Shown: positions 33,723 to 46,395 of the stretch, piece by piece | Layout: every line of letters starts with the position of its first letter | Numbering within the stretch: position 1 is the first letter of the stretch | Origin: the human T2T-CHM13v2.0 reference genome, Homo sapiens | Reading direction: 5' to 3' (one strand) | DNA: 64,000 bases | Assembly (NCBI RefSeq): GCF_009914755.1 | Contig: NC_060942.1 | Notes under the pieces: model-generated | The model's input: only the letters and a program-made list of their open reading frames with translations | Databases searched by the model: none | Told to the model about the DNA's origin: nothing | Translations under genes and position numbers: made by a program

Positions 33723-34032
33723 ATGATTAGATAACATTAATAATACTTTTAAAGGAAAAACTATCCAAGTATTATGTTATAAAATATTTGAATGGAATAG
33801 ATAATTGAGAGTCTCATATTATTTCCCTAATAATGACTGAATCAGTGAACTATACAGGAGTCAAGAGACAGTCCTTTTTCTTTCTTTCCCTGGCATTCAG
33901 ATAGGCCTCTGCTAGTAAGGAATTGGTGGGCAGGGGGTGGGGGTGGAGTAGCAAATATAATGTAAGATATTCCCATAAAATAAGTGGCATTTGATAAACA
34001 ATACTATTTGCTAATACTTCTACATAAAGTGG

Positions 34033-34524
34033 TGTGTTAGTTTTCTACCACTGATGTAAAAAATTACCACAAACTTGGCAACTTAGAATTTCTCTTAGAG
34101 TTTTGGGGCCAGAAGTACAAAATCAGTTTCACTGGGTTGAAATCAATATATTGGCAGGGCCAGGCTTCCTCTAGTAGCTTTAGGAGAGAATATCATTGTC
34201 TTGCCTTTTCCAGTTTCCAGAGCTGCTTTCCTTACATTCCCTGGCTAATGATCCCTTCCTCTATCTGCAAAGCTAGCAGTATAGCATCTTGCATCAGTGG
34301 TCATACTGTTTTCTTCTCAAACAAAATCTCTCTCTGTCTCTCTCTTATAAGAACACTTGTGATTATGGTTAGGCGCCACCTACATAATCCAGAATAATTT
34401 GCCTATGCCAAGGTCCTTAAATTAATCATATCTACAAGGTTTTCTTTGTTATACAAGCTAATATTCACAAGTGCTAAGGATTGGTATGTAGATATATTGG
34501 GAGCCGTTACTCAGCCTATCCACA
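34033..34524 (-). mobile_element. MaLR LTR (MLT1D-like)
   Basis: TGTGTTAGTTTTCT..AATTACCACAAACTT..CTTGCCTTTTCCAG..ATAATCCAGAATAAT..CAGCCTATCCACA. Confidence 0.85.
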
Positions 34525-34525
34525 G

Positions 34526-34940
34526 TGTGATGGTTAATTTTATATGTCAACTTGACTAGGCCATGGAGTGACCAGACATTTGGTCAAACAATATTCTGGG
34601 TGTGTCTATAAGGTGTTTCTGGATGAAATTAACATTTAAGTTGGTAAACTGAGTAAGCAGGTTACACTTTATAATGTGAGTGGGCCCCATCCAATCAGTT
34701 CAAAACCTAAACAGAACCAAAGGGCTGGCCTTCCTGTAAGCAACAGGGAATTTCTTCTGCTTGACTGCCTGAAGCAGGCACTTTGGTTTTTTTGTTTGTT
34801 TTTGTTTTTTCTGTCTTCAGAGGAGACATTCTCTCTCTCTCTGTCTTTCTCTGTGTGTATATGTGTATGTGTGCATGTGTGTGCATGTGTGTTCATGTAT
34901 CCTGTTGGTTCAATTTCTCTGAAGAACTCTGACAAATACA
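34526..34940 (+). mobile_element. MLT2 solo LTR (MLT2B/C-like), internally deleted, with CT/GT microsatellite
   Basis: TGTGATGGTTAATTTTATATGTCAACTTGAC start; ends CCTGTTGGTTC..TCTCTGAAGAACTCTGACAAATACA. Confidence 0.88.
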
Positions 34941-35494
34941 CATAAGTGACCTTTTAACCTGTTATCTGAGTTTTCTTCTCTCTTGATTAATGTAAATCTA
35001 GTTTGAAGATTTAGACAAAGAAGGGTCAAAATTGAACATATCGTAGAAGTATAAAAATGAATGGAACTAGAGTACGTGAAACTATGTCAACAGCTAAAAC
35101 ATACACTCCAATCAAGCACATAAAAGAAGCCACTGTGAAAACTTCAGGATAAAGGTTATATGCAATGGTTTTCACCAAGCGTAATGACTAGAATTATAGT
35201 GTTAAGATTAGTTGGAAAAATTTAATGGCCATATATATATATAAGCTTCTCCTATATTCAGCTGGCTGGAACCTCAGGACAATAGCACTGGAAATAAAAG
35301 AAAGAATAAAAAAGACACGTTTCTTTAAATTTCTTATGTTTATTTATTAAAAATCTTCTGTGCAAATTGGGATGTAAGTGTATTTCTGTATATCCCACAT
35401 TAACTACTGCTCTCACTAATTATTTGGTAAATTAGTTGTCTCCCACACCTGGCTAATCATCAAACTCACCCAAGCAGCTTCATGAGCTCTTGAG

Positions 35495-36147
35495 TGTAGT
35501 AGGCAGAATTCTAAAGATGTCCCTTCATTATCCCTGTTCCCTGGTTATTCAATCAAATACTCATCTAGGCACTGTATAAAGGAATTCCACATTTGATAAT
35601 GATAATCAGCTGATAATGAAATAGAATAGCCTGAGTTATCCAGGTGGGCCCAATATAATCTTATAAACCTTAAAGAGTAAAAGAGGAAAGCAAAAAGATG
35701 CAACAGAAGAAGAAAAGCAGAAGAGAGTTGCAACAAAAGGAAAACTCAGAGAAATTTGAGGCAAAAGAAAGATTTGATATACCATTACTGGCCTTGAAGA
35801 TGGAGGGGCCATGAGCTAAGAAATCAGTGAATGTAGAACACTCTTATGAACTGCAAATGACCTTCAGCCAACATCAGCAAGAGAATAAGGGCCTCAGTCC
35901 TGCAACCACGTGGAACTAAATTCTGGCAACAACCTGAATCAGCTTAAAAGTGGGTTTTTCCCAGAGTCTCCTAAAGAGATCCCAAACAGTCACAACCTTT
36001 ATTTTAGTCTTGTGAAGTCTGTCACAGAGAACTCAACTCAACCAACCCAGATTTCTGACCTACAGAACTGTGAGGTAATACCTCTGTGTTATTTTAAGCT
36101 TCTAAATTTATGGTAACTTGTTAAGGCAGCAATATATAACTAATGAC
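35495..36147 (+). mobile_element. MaLR LTR (MLT1E-like)
   Basis: TGTAGTAGGCAGAATTCTAA start; TTATCCAGGTGGGCCCAAT; GGAACTAAATTCTGGCAACAACCTGAAT; TTCTGACCTACAGAACTGTGAG. Confidence 0.85.
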
Positions 36148-37469
36148 CTGTGCTTCACTAAGAATTTATATTTTATGTTAGGATATGAAAATGCCCAACA
36201 AATTTTTTAAATTTAGTTATCATCTTTGATTCAGTAGACCACTCGCTCTGATATGAGCTGCCAATCAATGAGAAAAATTTAGTCTCCATACAACAGCTGA
36301 ATATAGTACTGGATGTAAACATGGGGAAGACTAGATATTTTAGCTTTAAGAATATTATTTTTGGTTAAGAAGAGAAAACTCAAGTACATAAAAAATTATC
36401 AAGTATTATCTGACAATATAAAAATATTGGGAAAAACTTCTATGTAAGTGTTGAGATAGGTTGGCTCTTAAATGAGGTATAGATGTCACACAGGCAATGG
36501 AAAGGGAGGATACCGTGTTAGAGAAAAAAAGCACAAACATAAATCAGAGCTGAATGTAGCCTTCAGTATGTCGTCTCACCTCCAATGGAAGTGAAAGTAT
36601 CTTTTGATTCATATCCTAGAGAAATTATCCCATCAAGATCTCTTCTGGAAAATCCCTGGCAGATTATCAAACTAGAAATATGCTTTTTCTAATATTTTCA
36701 ACTTGTGGCTGTTTAGAAAAATGAGTGTGTGGGCACATGTGTGTGTTGATGTGAGATTATGTGTTCAAGATTATGCTAGTCTCACTGGGAAGGTGGATTG
36801 GCATGGTAAGAAAGCCCTAGGGAAATGGATGTGGTGTTTCAGCAGCTATTTATTATTAGTGATAAAACATTGTATGAAAACCCCTTCCTGCCTTTTTAAA
36901 TCAGACCAAAAGAAAACAAAGTCCATATACAAGAAGGAATTAATTTTTCAAAGCTAATTCTTAAATACATAATTTTGAACCTGAGAGGATGGTGGGGAGG
37001 TCGAACATTTTAAATGTCATCTCATTTTACTATTAACAGGAGGGAAGTTTTAGAGCTTAGGAGTCATGTTTTTAAGCATTCACAGATATAGAAAAAAATA
37101 TATATAACTTTAAAAAGACTTTGCTGTTTGAATATTGAATCGTTTTGGTGCCTCACTGCTGCTTTAAAAATTCCATGTGGGCTGTATACTGCTAAGAGAT
37201 TAGTCACTTCAGTGGAGAATCTTAGAACTTCCTGTTCAGGGCACCTGGGGATGAGAAAGGAGACCATGGTAGATGATACTTTTCTTATCTGACTAATAAG
37301 AGTGGGATCAGAGGAATGCTAGAAAAATATTTGAAACTGTAGACCATGGGTAGAGAAAAGACTTGAAGGAAAATTATCTTAGGACTTCAATACTCCAAAA
37401 AATCATGATCAACTTCATATGTACAGTACATTTTCAGTTCATCCGGTTCCCTGTGACTTCAAAGACATC

Positions 37470-37830
37470 CCTCAAGTCTAAGCTACCATCATCAATTTAT
37501 TACTTGCTTAGACTGACATGATACTGGTCCCTGAATTCATTCCATCCTCCTTCAAGCCATTTCCTAATAGCAGTCAGGAATATTACTGACCCCACTTCCC
37601 ATCTAGATTACGTCTTCTAGTGTATTCTTGGAAGTACCTATATCTTTCCTTTACCTCTCTTATCACAGTTTTTAATTATACATTCATCTGAGTCATTATC
37701 TAATATTTGCCAAAAACTCCCACACTCTAAACCCCACAATGTAGTTACTGGGTCTGGCATTTGCTAATGTGGTTTCTTCACCTAATCCAGTGCCTGGCAT
37801 TTAAAGGTACTTAGTAAATATTCATAAATT
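37470..37830 (+). mobile_element. L2 3' fragment
   Basis: CTTATCACAGTTTTTAATTATACATT..CAGTGCCTGGCAT..GGTACTTAGTAAATATT. Confidence 0.6.
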
Positions 37831-38729
37831 TAAAAAATGAGGGCAGGAATGAACAAAAACAAAAGAAGTGGGCTGTCATCTATTAATGAAAATATAGTCT
37901 AATTGAGGGCCGTAGGAGTGGACACTGTCCTGGTGTAGTGCTCAACTGAAAATTAAGAATGGAGAAAAATCCATTGAAAAATGTGGATGGTGAAACTTTA
38001 AAAGAAAAACCAGGGATATGACTGGGCTGTTAGTGTTAATCAATTGGCTCTCATGCCTACCTTTTATCTATAAAATCACCAAATTCACTCTGAGAAATAT
38101 GTAAACCAATGCAAAAGATCCATCTAGACTATATTTATATTCCTCCTGAGACCCTTCTGTATGGGGCAGAAGCCAACATGATAAAGCTTTGTTCCCTGAG
38201 TCCTAATCTGGAGAGACTCTATATGTCTTGTGCACTTAATTATGTTCACAAAGAATGTTTATGAAATCTGACTTTTATAAAGAGGAGAAACTTAACAGCA
38301 ACTCTGGTCTGAGGAACTTGATGGGACTCATCTCTGCCTGGGCCAATGCATCTATTCTTCCGTATGTGACTAGAACTGAAAGAAACTCTCCACAAAGCAA
38401 TGTTGTGGAGTCCTGCCTTAGAGAACATAACTTAATTTGCGTAGATTTTGGTTAAAGAGTTACAAGCGAGGAGACTTTTGATTGAGATATTACATTTAAA
38501 TATGAGCTTGAAAAAAATTAAAACATCTATCTTTAGGAAGTGAACAAATAAAATTTGCCATAAAGCAAAATGTACAAAAATAAAAATGTTGAAAGTGGCC
38601 ACTGCACATCTCTAATTCTATCATGACCTTAATTAAAGATCTATTATAAAAACAGCACTCTGGTACTGATGAAATAACTTCAGGTGAAGTTGGCACTTTA
38701 TATTTTATTCCCTTGAATATAGGTTGCAA

Positions 38730-38890
38730 AATCAATTGATATATAATCTCCTGTAATCCTACAACAACCTGATAAAATAGAGTTTACCTTCATTTTACAG
38801 ATAAGAAAACCAACGCTAACATCTTTGAAGTAACTTAGATAAGTCATACAACTTAGGAGTGGCAAAGCTATCAATTAAACCCAAGTCTTT
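38730..38890 (-). mobile_element. MIR SINE
   Basis: TAATCCTACAACAACCTG..CATTTTACAGATAAGAAAAC..AAGTAACTT..AGTGGCAAAGC. Confidence 0.7.
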
Positions 38891-38941
38891 GTATTATAGA
38901 GCCTCCTTTGAGCATCTTTAAGTGATTTGAGATAGATTAGG

Positions 38942-39136
38942 CAGAAGTGTCCAAAATTTTGCCTTCTCTGGGCCATATTGGTAAAAGAATTGTCTTGGGC
39001 CACACATAAAATACACTAACAATAGTTGATGAGATTTTAAGTAATACAAAAAAATCTTATAATGTTTGAAGAAAGTTTACAAATTTGTGTTGGGCCACAT
39101 TCAAAGCCACCCTGGGCCGTGGGTTGAACAAGCTTG
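38942..39136. mobile_element. MER30 (hAT-Charlie) DNA transposon
   Basis: GTGTCCAA..CTGGGCCA..AGAATTGTCTTGGGCCACACATAAAATACACTAAC..TTGGGCCACATTCAAAGCC..CAAGCTTG; GATTAG-containing TSD-like flanks. Confidence 0.85.
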
Positions 39137-39617
39137 GATTAGAGCCTCATTTGAGCATCTAAGAGATTAAAATAATGATGAGAGATGGTACAAATCCACC
39201 ACTTTTCACCCACCTACACAATACATAATGTAGTCAAGGATTTTACAACCCTCACGAGAATATTCACACAACTTTAATACTCTTCAGTGTACAAAAGTCT
39301 ATTTAGAGCCATTTCACCATACAAATATGGAGAAGGATAATTTGTGTCCTCATAACTGGAAAGATTATCCAGCCGCACTTCAGAGTTTGCTTGATCCTCA
39401 TTATTTAAACTGTCCACAAAGCTTCTGCTGCCTAATATTTTTTTAAATGCATTTTTGTTTTTTTCCCAATGTAGAAAATTAGGAAAATAGAGAAAAGCAT
39501 AAATGAAAATATATAAAACACAGTAAATTTTCTAAAATATTTAAACGTTTTTGTATACATATAGGCACACACGTATGTGTGTGTGTATATACATTTACAC
39601 ACAGTTTCTAAATCAAA

Positions 39618-40084
39618 TTGGTAGATTGCACAGATGGCTCCAATTCTCCCCCTTCTGTACTCTTTTACAAAATAACTTGCAGCTCCTTCAATGAAGAAGT
39701 GGAATCTATTTCTCTATCCTTTGAACCTAGTCTTATCTTGTGAACTTTATGTGGCAAAAGGAATGTGCCAGCTCTGAGCATCAGTCTCAAAAGGCGTTGC
39801 GGCTTCTACTCTCTTGCTAGGGACTGTGTCAAGTTTCCATGTAAACAGTCCTGAACCAATCTGTTTGACGAAGAGAGAGACACATGTTCTACCAGTTTCC
39901 ACTGGGCTGAGAGTCAGCCAATCCCCAGAAGCAGAGCCACTCGATGATCAGCAGCTGATCACAACATGAGCGAGCCAAGCCATGATTGAAAAACAGAGCA
40001 GCTGAGCCCAATCCAAATTGCTGACCTACAAAATGATAAACTAAATTAATTTTGAAAGCCACTAAGCAATAGATATTTGATACA
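39618..40084 (+). mobile_element. MaLR LTR (MLT1H-like)
   Basis: TGGTAGATTGC..GATGGC; GTGGAATCTATTTCTCTATCCTTTGAA; CAGCTGAGCCCA..CCAAATTGCTGACC; ends GATACA. Confidence 0.8.
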
Positions 40085-40159
40085 TCAATTTTGCCTTTTT
40101 CCCAAAAACTTCTTGGGGGGAAAAAAAAAGAATTCATTCTTCACCCTGATGTGGAAAAT

Positions 40160-40350
40160 ACAGTGTAGTTAACGGTCCTGAATTAGCATCAGGTGATCTG
40201 ATTTAATTCCTAACTCTGCCATTGACTAGAGGTGTTATTACAAATATGTCAAATATATTATCCGAGTTTCAGTTTTTATGCCTGTAGACAAACATCATAT
40301 TGCATACCCATTCTACCTGGATGGTTTATCATAAACATATGAGAATTATG
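40160..40350 (+). mobile_element. MIR SINE (diverged)
   Basis: CTCTGCCATTGACTAG..GAGTTTCAGTTTT..CTGTA core. Confidence 0.55.
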
Positions 40351-40590
40351 AAATTGTATTGTATGACTTTATACCCATCTTTTTCTTCTCCAGGTGTTTG
40401 TCTTCTTATTTAGAAGAATCAATGTGTTGCACTAGATATTATTCAAGGATCATTCTTGTTCAAAATTTCTTTAACTATTATTATTGTTGATGTTGTTACA
40501 GTTACTGGAGAATCTAATTTAAGGTTCATGCCCTGTCCACAAGCCTCTATGAGAAGCTCACAATGGAACCATGCCTATTACAACACAGTC

Positions 40591-40645
40591 TCCCAGAGCA
40601 CAGGTACCTCTTTTGGAGTCTCTAGGAGGTACCTGTGCTATGGGA
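40591..40645. other. Inverted repeat, 20-bp arms (1 mismatch), 15-nt spacer
   Basis: TCCCAGAGCACAGGTACCTC - TTTTGGAGTCTCTAG - GAGGTACCTGTGCTATGGGA. Confidence 0.9.
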
Positions 40646-40914
40646 TATAGTTAAAACTCATAAAATGTGAAAACCTCATGTTCTAATCCACATTGAAAAC
40701 CCAAAGATAAGGTAGAGTTTAGGTATAAATTTTGTGAGCAATTCCTTTTCTAGAGCAATTTTAAGAAAGAAAACTCATTAAAAAAGATTTCTCCATCTAC
40801 TCTTTCATTTGTGAATCATCTTTTGAGTAAGGCAGAAAGTTTTGATGTATTGATCACAGGCAAAATTAAAACAACCTGGAAGATATAAAAATATGTAAAA
40901 AGAAAAATTATCAT

Positions 40915-41012
40915 CTCTTTCCAGATCTACTGAATCATAATTACCAGATGTAAAGTCTAGAATTAGAGACTCTGTAGGTGGTTCAGGAGCAGGCAAAAAC
41001 CTGAGAACTATT
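40915..41012. mobile_element. MER5A-like hAT fragment
   Basis: CCAGATCTACTGAATCA..GGTGGTTC..TGAGAACTA. Confidence 0.55.
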
Positions 41013-42118
41013 AAATTTGGTTTTCATTCTTTTCAGAATCAAGATGGGACAAACTACTAAGCTGGTTCTAATCACTTTCAAATTTGCAAGTTTGAGTAAA
41101 TTGACTTATCTAATTGCTTTTCATTCTTAAAGAGAATCTTAAGCAAATTGTTATTTTAGATGGTGAGATGAGGGATAGATGAATTTAGGCAGTAATGTAA
41201 AAACTGAAAAAAGTCTGAGTAAAAATTCCAGGCAGCAAGAAGAGACTCAAGTCTTGGAAGGAACAAAGGCAGAGAGAGACAAAGAAAGGGTTGTAGGAAA
41301 ACAATTATCTCATGTTTTTCTAGGGCTGACCCATGCTAAAAGTCTCTGGGAATCATGCTGCTTAGATTAGTATGGTTTAAAGATAATTGCTCTCCAGACA
41401 TACCCCCAATTTGAGGTTCCACTAGGCTAGAAAGACTACCAAGTATAAAATACAAAGCAAACAGGAGATCCTATAACTTCTTAGCATTGTAGCTGTCCAA
41501 AGCCACAAATATCATTTCTTCTTTTCTCTGCCAGATTTGCTAGTAAGATTTTTCTTGGGTCAGTGGTTGAGAATATTTTTGTTTCTTGGTCTCTGACAAT
41601 CTCCTTCATGAAGAGTTGAATTTACTTCTTGGCAAATAACCACCTACACTGTACGCATTGTACCTTTCATTCTAACCATTTCAGATTCAGTCCTTTAGGT
41701 TACTATAAAACTGCTTTCTAAAGAAGGGGAGAAGAAACAAAAAGAAAATGAAAAATAGGGGGTCAGATAGATGGGATTAAACCAATATATGTTGAACACC
41801 CATTATGTATCACCTTCACAAACGTATTATCACAGTAACTCACAACAACCCAACGAGGTAAGCATCATTTATTTCTTTGCAAATGAAGAAAATCAGTAAT
41901 TTTATGAATCATTCCATACATAGATAGGATTCAAACCTGATTAAATCTGGCCCTAAAAACAGTGATTTTTTTAACACCCTTAGAATACACATTTGGAAAC
42001 AAATATCCCTGAGTGCAGCGAAAAAATTCTTATCAGTAAACATGCTCATGTGAATACACATACCTCTGATTCTTCAGCAGACTTGAGAGGTGCTTTGAAG
42101 AGAAACTCTTGTCTAGAT

Positions 42119-42390
42119 CAATGTTCTTGAAACTGTGAATGTTTACTTGCTAATGAATTATAACATCAACTGTGTATCAACAAACAATATTTAATGAAAT
42201 ATTACCCAAAGGAATCGAATCCAGTAAAAAAAATTCCTGAGGTATAATGTAGTAAGGATAAGGGTTTTTTTTTTTCTAGAAATCTTTTTTGATTACATAG
42301 AAGTGCACATATGGGTGTATACACCAAGTGACAAGGTAAAATGTTTTCTAATGTAATTAGTCGTGAAAAACATAAGTTTGAAAGCTACTG
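42119..42390. mobile_element. hAT-Charlie element (Charlie4-like)
   Basis: Termini CAATGTTCTTGAAACT / AAGTTTGAAAGCTACTG; 8-bp TSD-like GTCTAGAT (42111-42118) / GTCTAAAC (42391-42398). Confidence 0.65.
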
Positions 42391-43149
42391 GTCTAAACAA
42401 ATAGAAGGATGCCCAGGGCAGGGAAATTATCTCATCTCAGAGAGAGAGGCCCAGAAGGACCTTGAAACAAAAAGAGCAACAATACAGAAAGGACTGTCAA
42501 GCCTTAGAGTTTCGTAGATTGCATTGAATGGCTGTTCTCTTTTTTCAACTAATAAAGTCATTGAAATGCAGAGGTGAAAAGTTCCTGTAGCAAAATCATG
42601 TTGAAGTCTGCAGGTGCCTATCACCTATGAGGAACTAGGTCTTTTATTAAACTCCTATTAGATTTTTCCAATCTTATTCTGTACATGCAGGATCAACATT
42701 GATTTCTTTTTTTTATCAGACATTGTCCAAAAATGGATGAGGCATTTCTCATTATCTCTCCCTTGAACAACATTTATATAGGACTTGCTGAGATATATGC
42801 TCTTTATTTTCTTACTTGCTCAAAGAAAAAAAAAATCCTACTACATTTTTCCCCCATTTGGAGCAGATAAAAGGTGACTGATTCTAGATAACAGCATCAG
42901 CTGTTCTTCTGTCTTGGCTGTTAAACACTTACCTGTTGAAGAGGCCAAGAAAACATGTAATGAGGCTTAATATACGGAATAAATATTGGTGTACGCAGCT
43001 GACCATTCAGAATATTGTTTTAGCCTGTGACTCACAGAAAAAGAAGAAACATACAATAGAATTTGGTATGGCTGCTTCTATTATGACTTCATTTGGCCAC
43101 TGACAACCATTTATTGAACCTGATGACATGAGAATTACTAATAACAATA

Positions 43150-43355
43150 CCTATTATCTGTGTAATGATTAAAAGACTACTTCAAAGTAAGTTTACATAT
43201 CTAGCTCCTTTTCATTCTTACAACAGCCTTGTTTGATTTGGGAAGTATTATATTCATTTTTAGAAGTGAGAAAAATGAGGCATAGATAAGTGATTTATCC
43301 AAGAACACACAAAGTTGCAAAATTGGAACAGGATCTGTAACCCCTAAATCCTGGC
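43150..43355 (-). mobile_element. MIR SINE
   Basis: CTTACAACAGCCTTG..GAGAAAAATGAGGCATAG..AAGTGATTTATCCAAGAACACACA. Confidence 0.65.
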
Positions 43356-44884
43356 CCACATTCCTCCCAACAGATAGCAATTTTTCCCTCATTAATTGTG
43401 CCTTGTAATATATTCTTTTCTTTTTCCCTAGCTGACCTGTTTCACAAAAATTATTTTTTTAAAGTTTATGTTTAAATAGGTTAAAAAAGGAAATGAGAGG
43501 CAGGGTGATTATTCTGTCACATCTGCTGAATGCAGTTAATTCATTGGTTTCATGAATATGAAGTGGTCTAGAGGAATATGTATCTATTTATATAACAATC
43601 ACATATGCTGGGAAAATGTATGTGGTTGAAATACAGATACGATGGTTTCCATTTTAATATTGGTTTAAGTAAATTATATGTTAGGCCCCAGCCAACAAAT
43701 ATATCCGTTACAGTTAACTTCTCTAATTTGGTTAAAGGATCCTAGGTTTATTCAGCATTGCATGTATATCAGGTTATGTAAAATTAATAGCTGAAGTTCA
43801 TTCATATGGCTTTAATTAGGATGCATGGGTTGGGATGAAAAATAAAGCAAGAGCTCTGGCTTTGATTATAACTGTATCTGCTCCAGTATCAGTGTCTGCA
43901 ATGGCAAATACATGTTGGCTTCCCTTAATACATGTTTGTCCAAAGAAACCGTGCATTGGCTTAATTTCACTTTAAAAGCTTTTATTAAAAGGTATTGTTT
44001 GTCTAAACACCAGTTTCATTCACTTTATTTAATTACACGAGAGTATTCTCAGAGCCCAAAATAAAATTGTATACACTTTTTTGAAGTTGATGTATTACAT
44101 TTCAAAGAAAATAGATTCATTTCTGTGAAAACTTCTTGGAACTTTTGTAAACATACTGTTTCCAAGTCTACGTACTCATCTTCAAACATGGCTTTGGAAG
44201 TCTTACTCATTTTCTTTCCCAGGAAAAAGAATTATTTGAGGAGAAAAGCATTTATTGCTAGGCAATAATGTTCTTCTCAGGTGGTTGCTAAACTTTCCCA
44301 CCCAAACCAGGGGAAGATGTAAGTTTTATTACATTAATGACTTCTTTTATATTTGCCTAAGATTTATTTAGTCCTCAAGATCAAAATAATTTTCCACCTT
44401 CTCTGTGATGTATTGTGTGGTCACTTGAGTTTTCAATGAGAGCTTTCTTGTTTTCTCCTACTGGACTAGATTGTTAACTTGGAGGTAGTAGACCATGCTC
44501 TGAATTATTTGTACATCTTCAATTCTCAGCTCTGTGCTCTAGACAGAGCACAGCTCTTTGTAGATAAAGGTGGTGAAGGAGCTGCTGGATGAATGCAAGC
44601 TGTTCTCTCCTTAATATGAGGTGTATTTGATAGCATGATCATCTAGCTCCAAGATGGGTCACAGAGGTCCCAAACAATTAATGGCATGAGGAAGCCTGAA
44701 CAGACAGGTAGACAGGCATCAAGAATTCCTAGTGACTGACATCAGTAGGCAAAGGTCTTAAATGGGAGATGATAAACAGCAGAGAGTACCACCATGGACA
44801 GCGCATTTACATAAGCCCAGGATGGGTCCAGATAGGCAGCCCTGATGAAAGGGACAGGCTATGTCTGGAGTAGAGAAGAATAGT

Positions 44885-45265
44885 TATCATTTATCAAGCC
44901 TATAGTATACGCCAGGCTCTGAGCTGAAAGCATAAGCTCTGGAGTCATACAGACCTAGGTATATAACAGCAAAGCCCACTCTGAGCTGTGTGACCTGGAG
45001 AGAACTTTTCAATCTATTTTTACCTAAGGATTTTCTTCTCTAGGGGAGCTGACGTAAATGAAATGGTTAATATCACACTTAGGACACAGGGTGAGTGATG
45101 TTACTATCAGAATTGTTCTTGATTGTATCAATAGCTCCACAATACATAGATTATTGTCCATATTAGAGTGATCTAAAAGCTGAGGCTAAAAAAAAATAAG
45201 TAACTTATTCAAGTCCACTCAGCTAGTGAGTGGTGCCAGTGGGATCCAAATTGGCCTGATTCCCA
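44885..45265. mobile_element. MIR fragments in both orientations
   Basis: GCTCTGGAGTCATACAGACCTAGG..AGCTGTGTGACCTGG (+) and CTGAGGCT..AAGTAACTT..CAGCTAGTGAGTGG (-). Confidence 0.55.
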
Positions 45266-46169
45266 AATATATAAAACGTATACATACAGGTAATAGGCTG
45301 AGGGTCCAGGCAAAAGGACGAAGAGTGCATTATCTGTGATGCTGAAATGCAGAGCTCCAGCTCAGCCCAGGATTCCAGGAATGGTTAAGAGTATGATCGG
45401 TTCTAGATTTTTGTGCAGAGCCCAGCTTGCCAATGGAGTTAAAGTGGCTTAACTGTGGATATTGGAAAACCTTCAGGAAAGGAAGCCAGACCACTGAATT
45501 TAAAGCTAGTCAGACCCCACTTTTCCTTTCCATCCTTTCTTCTTCCTTCTCTTTCTTTTCAAATCTTATTCCTTTGCTTATGGTCTAGGATTCAAACTAA
45601 GTGGCCAAGAATATATTAAGAAAAAGTGTTGTGTATCCTGGCCATCCATCCAGAGACATCCTCCTCACAAATTATCTTGGTGCCACAAACCCACCATAAA
45701 ATATTCATTGCCTTTGATCCCAAAGTATTTTTACTCTGCACACTGTCTTCTATTAAAATGAAAATGTCCCTTAGGGGAGAGAAAATCTTTTAAGCTATTA
45801 TTAGTTAAAATCTTGGTGGGTAGTTGTTTTATGAAAATTGAGGTTAAAATTCTTCAAGAACTGAAGGACACAGAATGTGGTTCAGGAAAAACTCAGGGGA
45901 AAGAGTGACATAGATGGGGTCATTGGAGGCTGTCACATCTATTTCCCCCAGTTTTAAGGTTTGTTGCTGCTTCTGTTCACATATCCTTCTCTTTTTTTCT
46001 CTTCACTCCATTCCACTACTCTCCTTCATACAACCTATGCTCTTTCTAGAGCATAAAAAAATGAGGGTGCTGAATAAGACTGAGAAGACAAAATGGGAGA
46101 AATCAAATTTGGACACATTAAGAACCTCACAGTATTTTGAGTTTAGAAATGTCTCAATAATTTCTGACC

Positions 46170-46395
46170 TCACACTAGAGTTTAACATGGATTTTGAGGT
46201 TATGGTTCAGATTCAAGCTTTGTTATTGATGTCTGTGACCTCAAGCATATTATCCCCTTATCCCCTCTGAGCTTCAGGATTCTTACCTTAGAGTTAAGGC
46301 AATGTCGAACTCAGGGTAGTTAAAAGGATATTGACACACTTAGCACTGTGCCTGGGGGGTACTATGTGGTCATGATGGGGCAGCTAATAATAATG
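46170..46395 (+). mobile_element. MIR SINE
   Basis: CTGTGACCTCAAGCA..CCTCTGAGCTTCAG..CACTTAGCACTGTGCCTGG. Confidence 0.65.

Noticed and set aside
40378-41040. Splice-acceptor-like tracts (TTTTCTTCTCCAG at ~40393, TTTTCATTCTTTTCAG at ~41036; similar at ~31844 and ~58768)
   Set aside because: No paired donor plus open frame forming a convincing exon; common by chance in T-rich DNA. lncRNA exons cannot be excluded without RNA data.
44528-44556. Short hairpin CTGTGCTCT-AGAC-AGAGCACAG
   Set aside because: Only 9-bp arms inside a probable L2 relic; within chance expectation for 64 kb.
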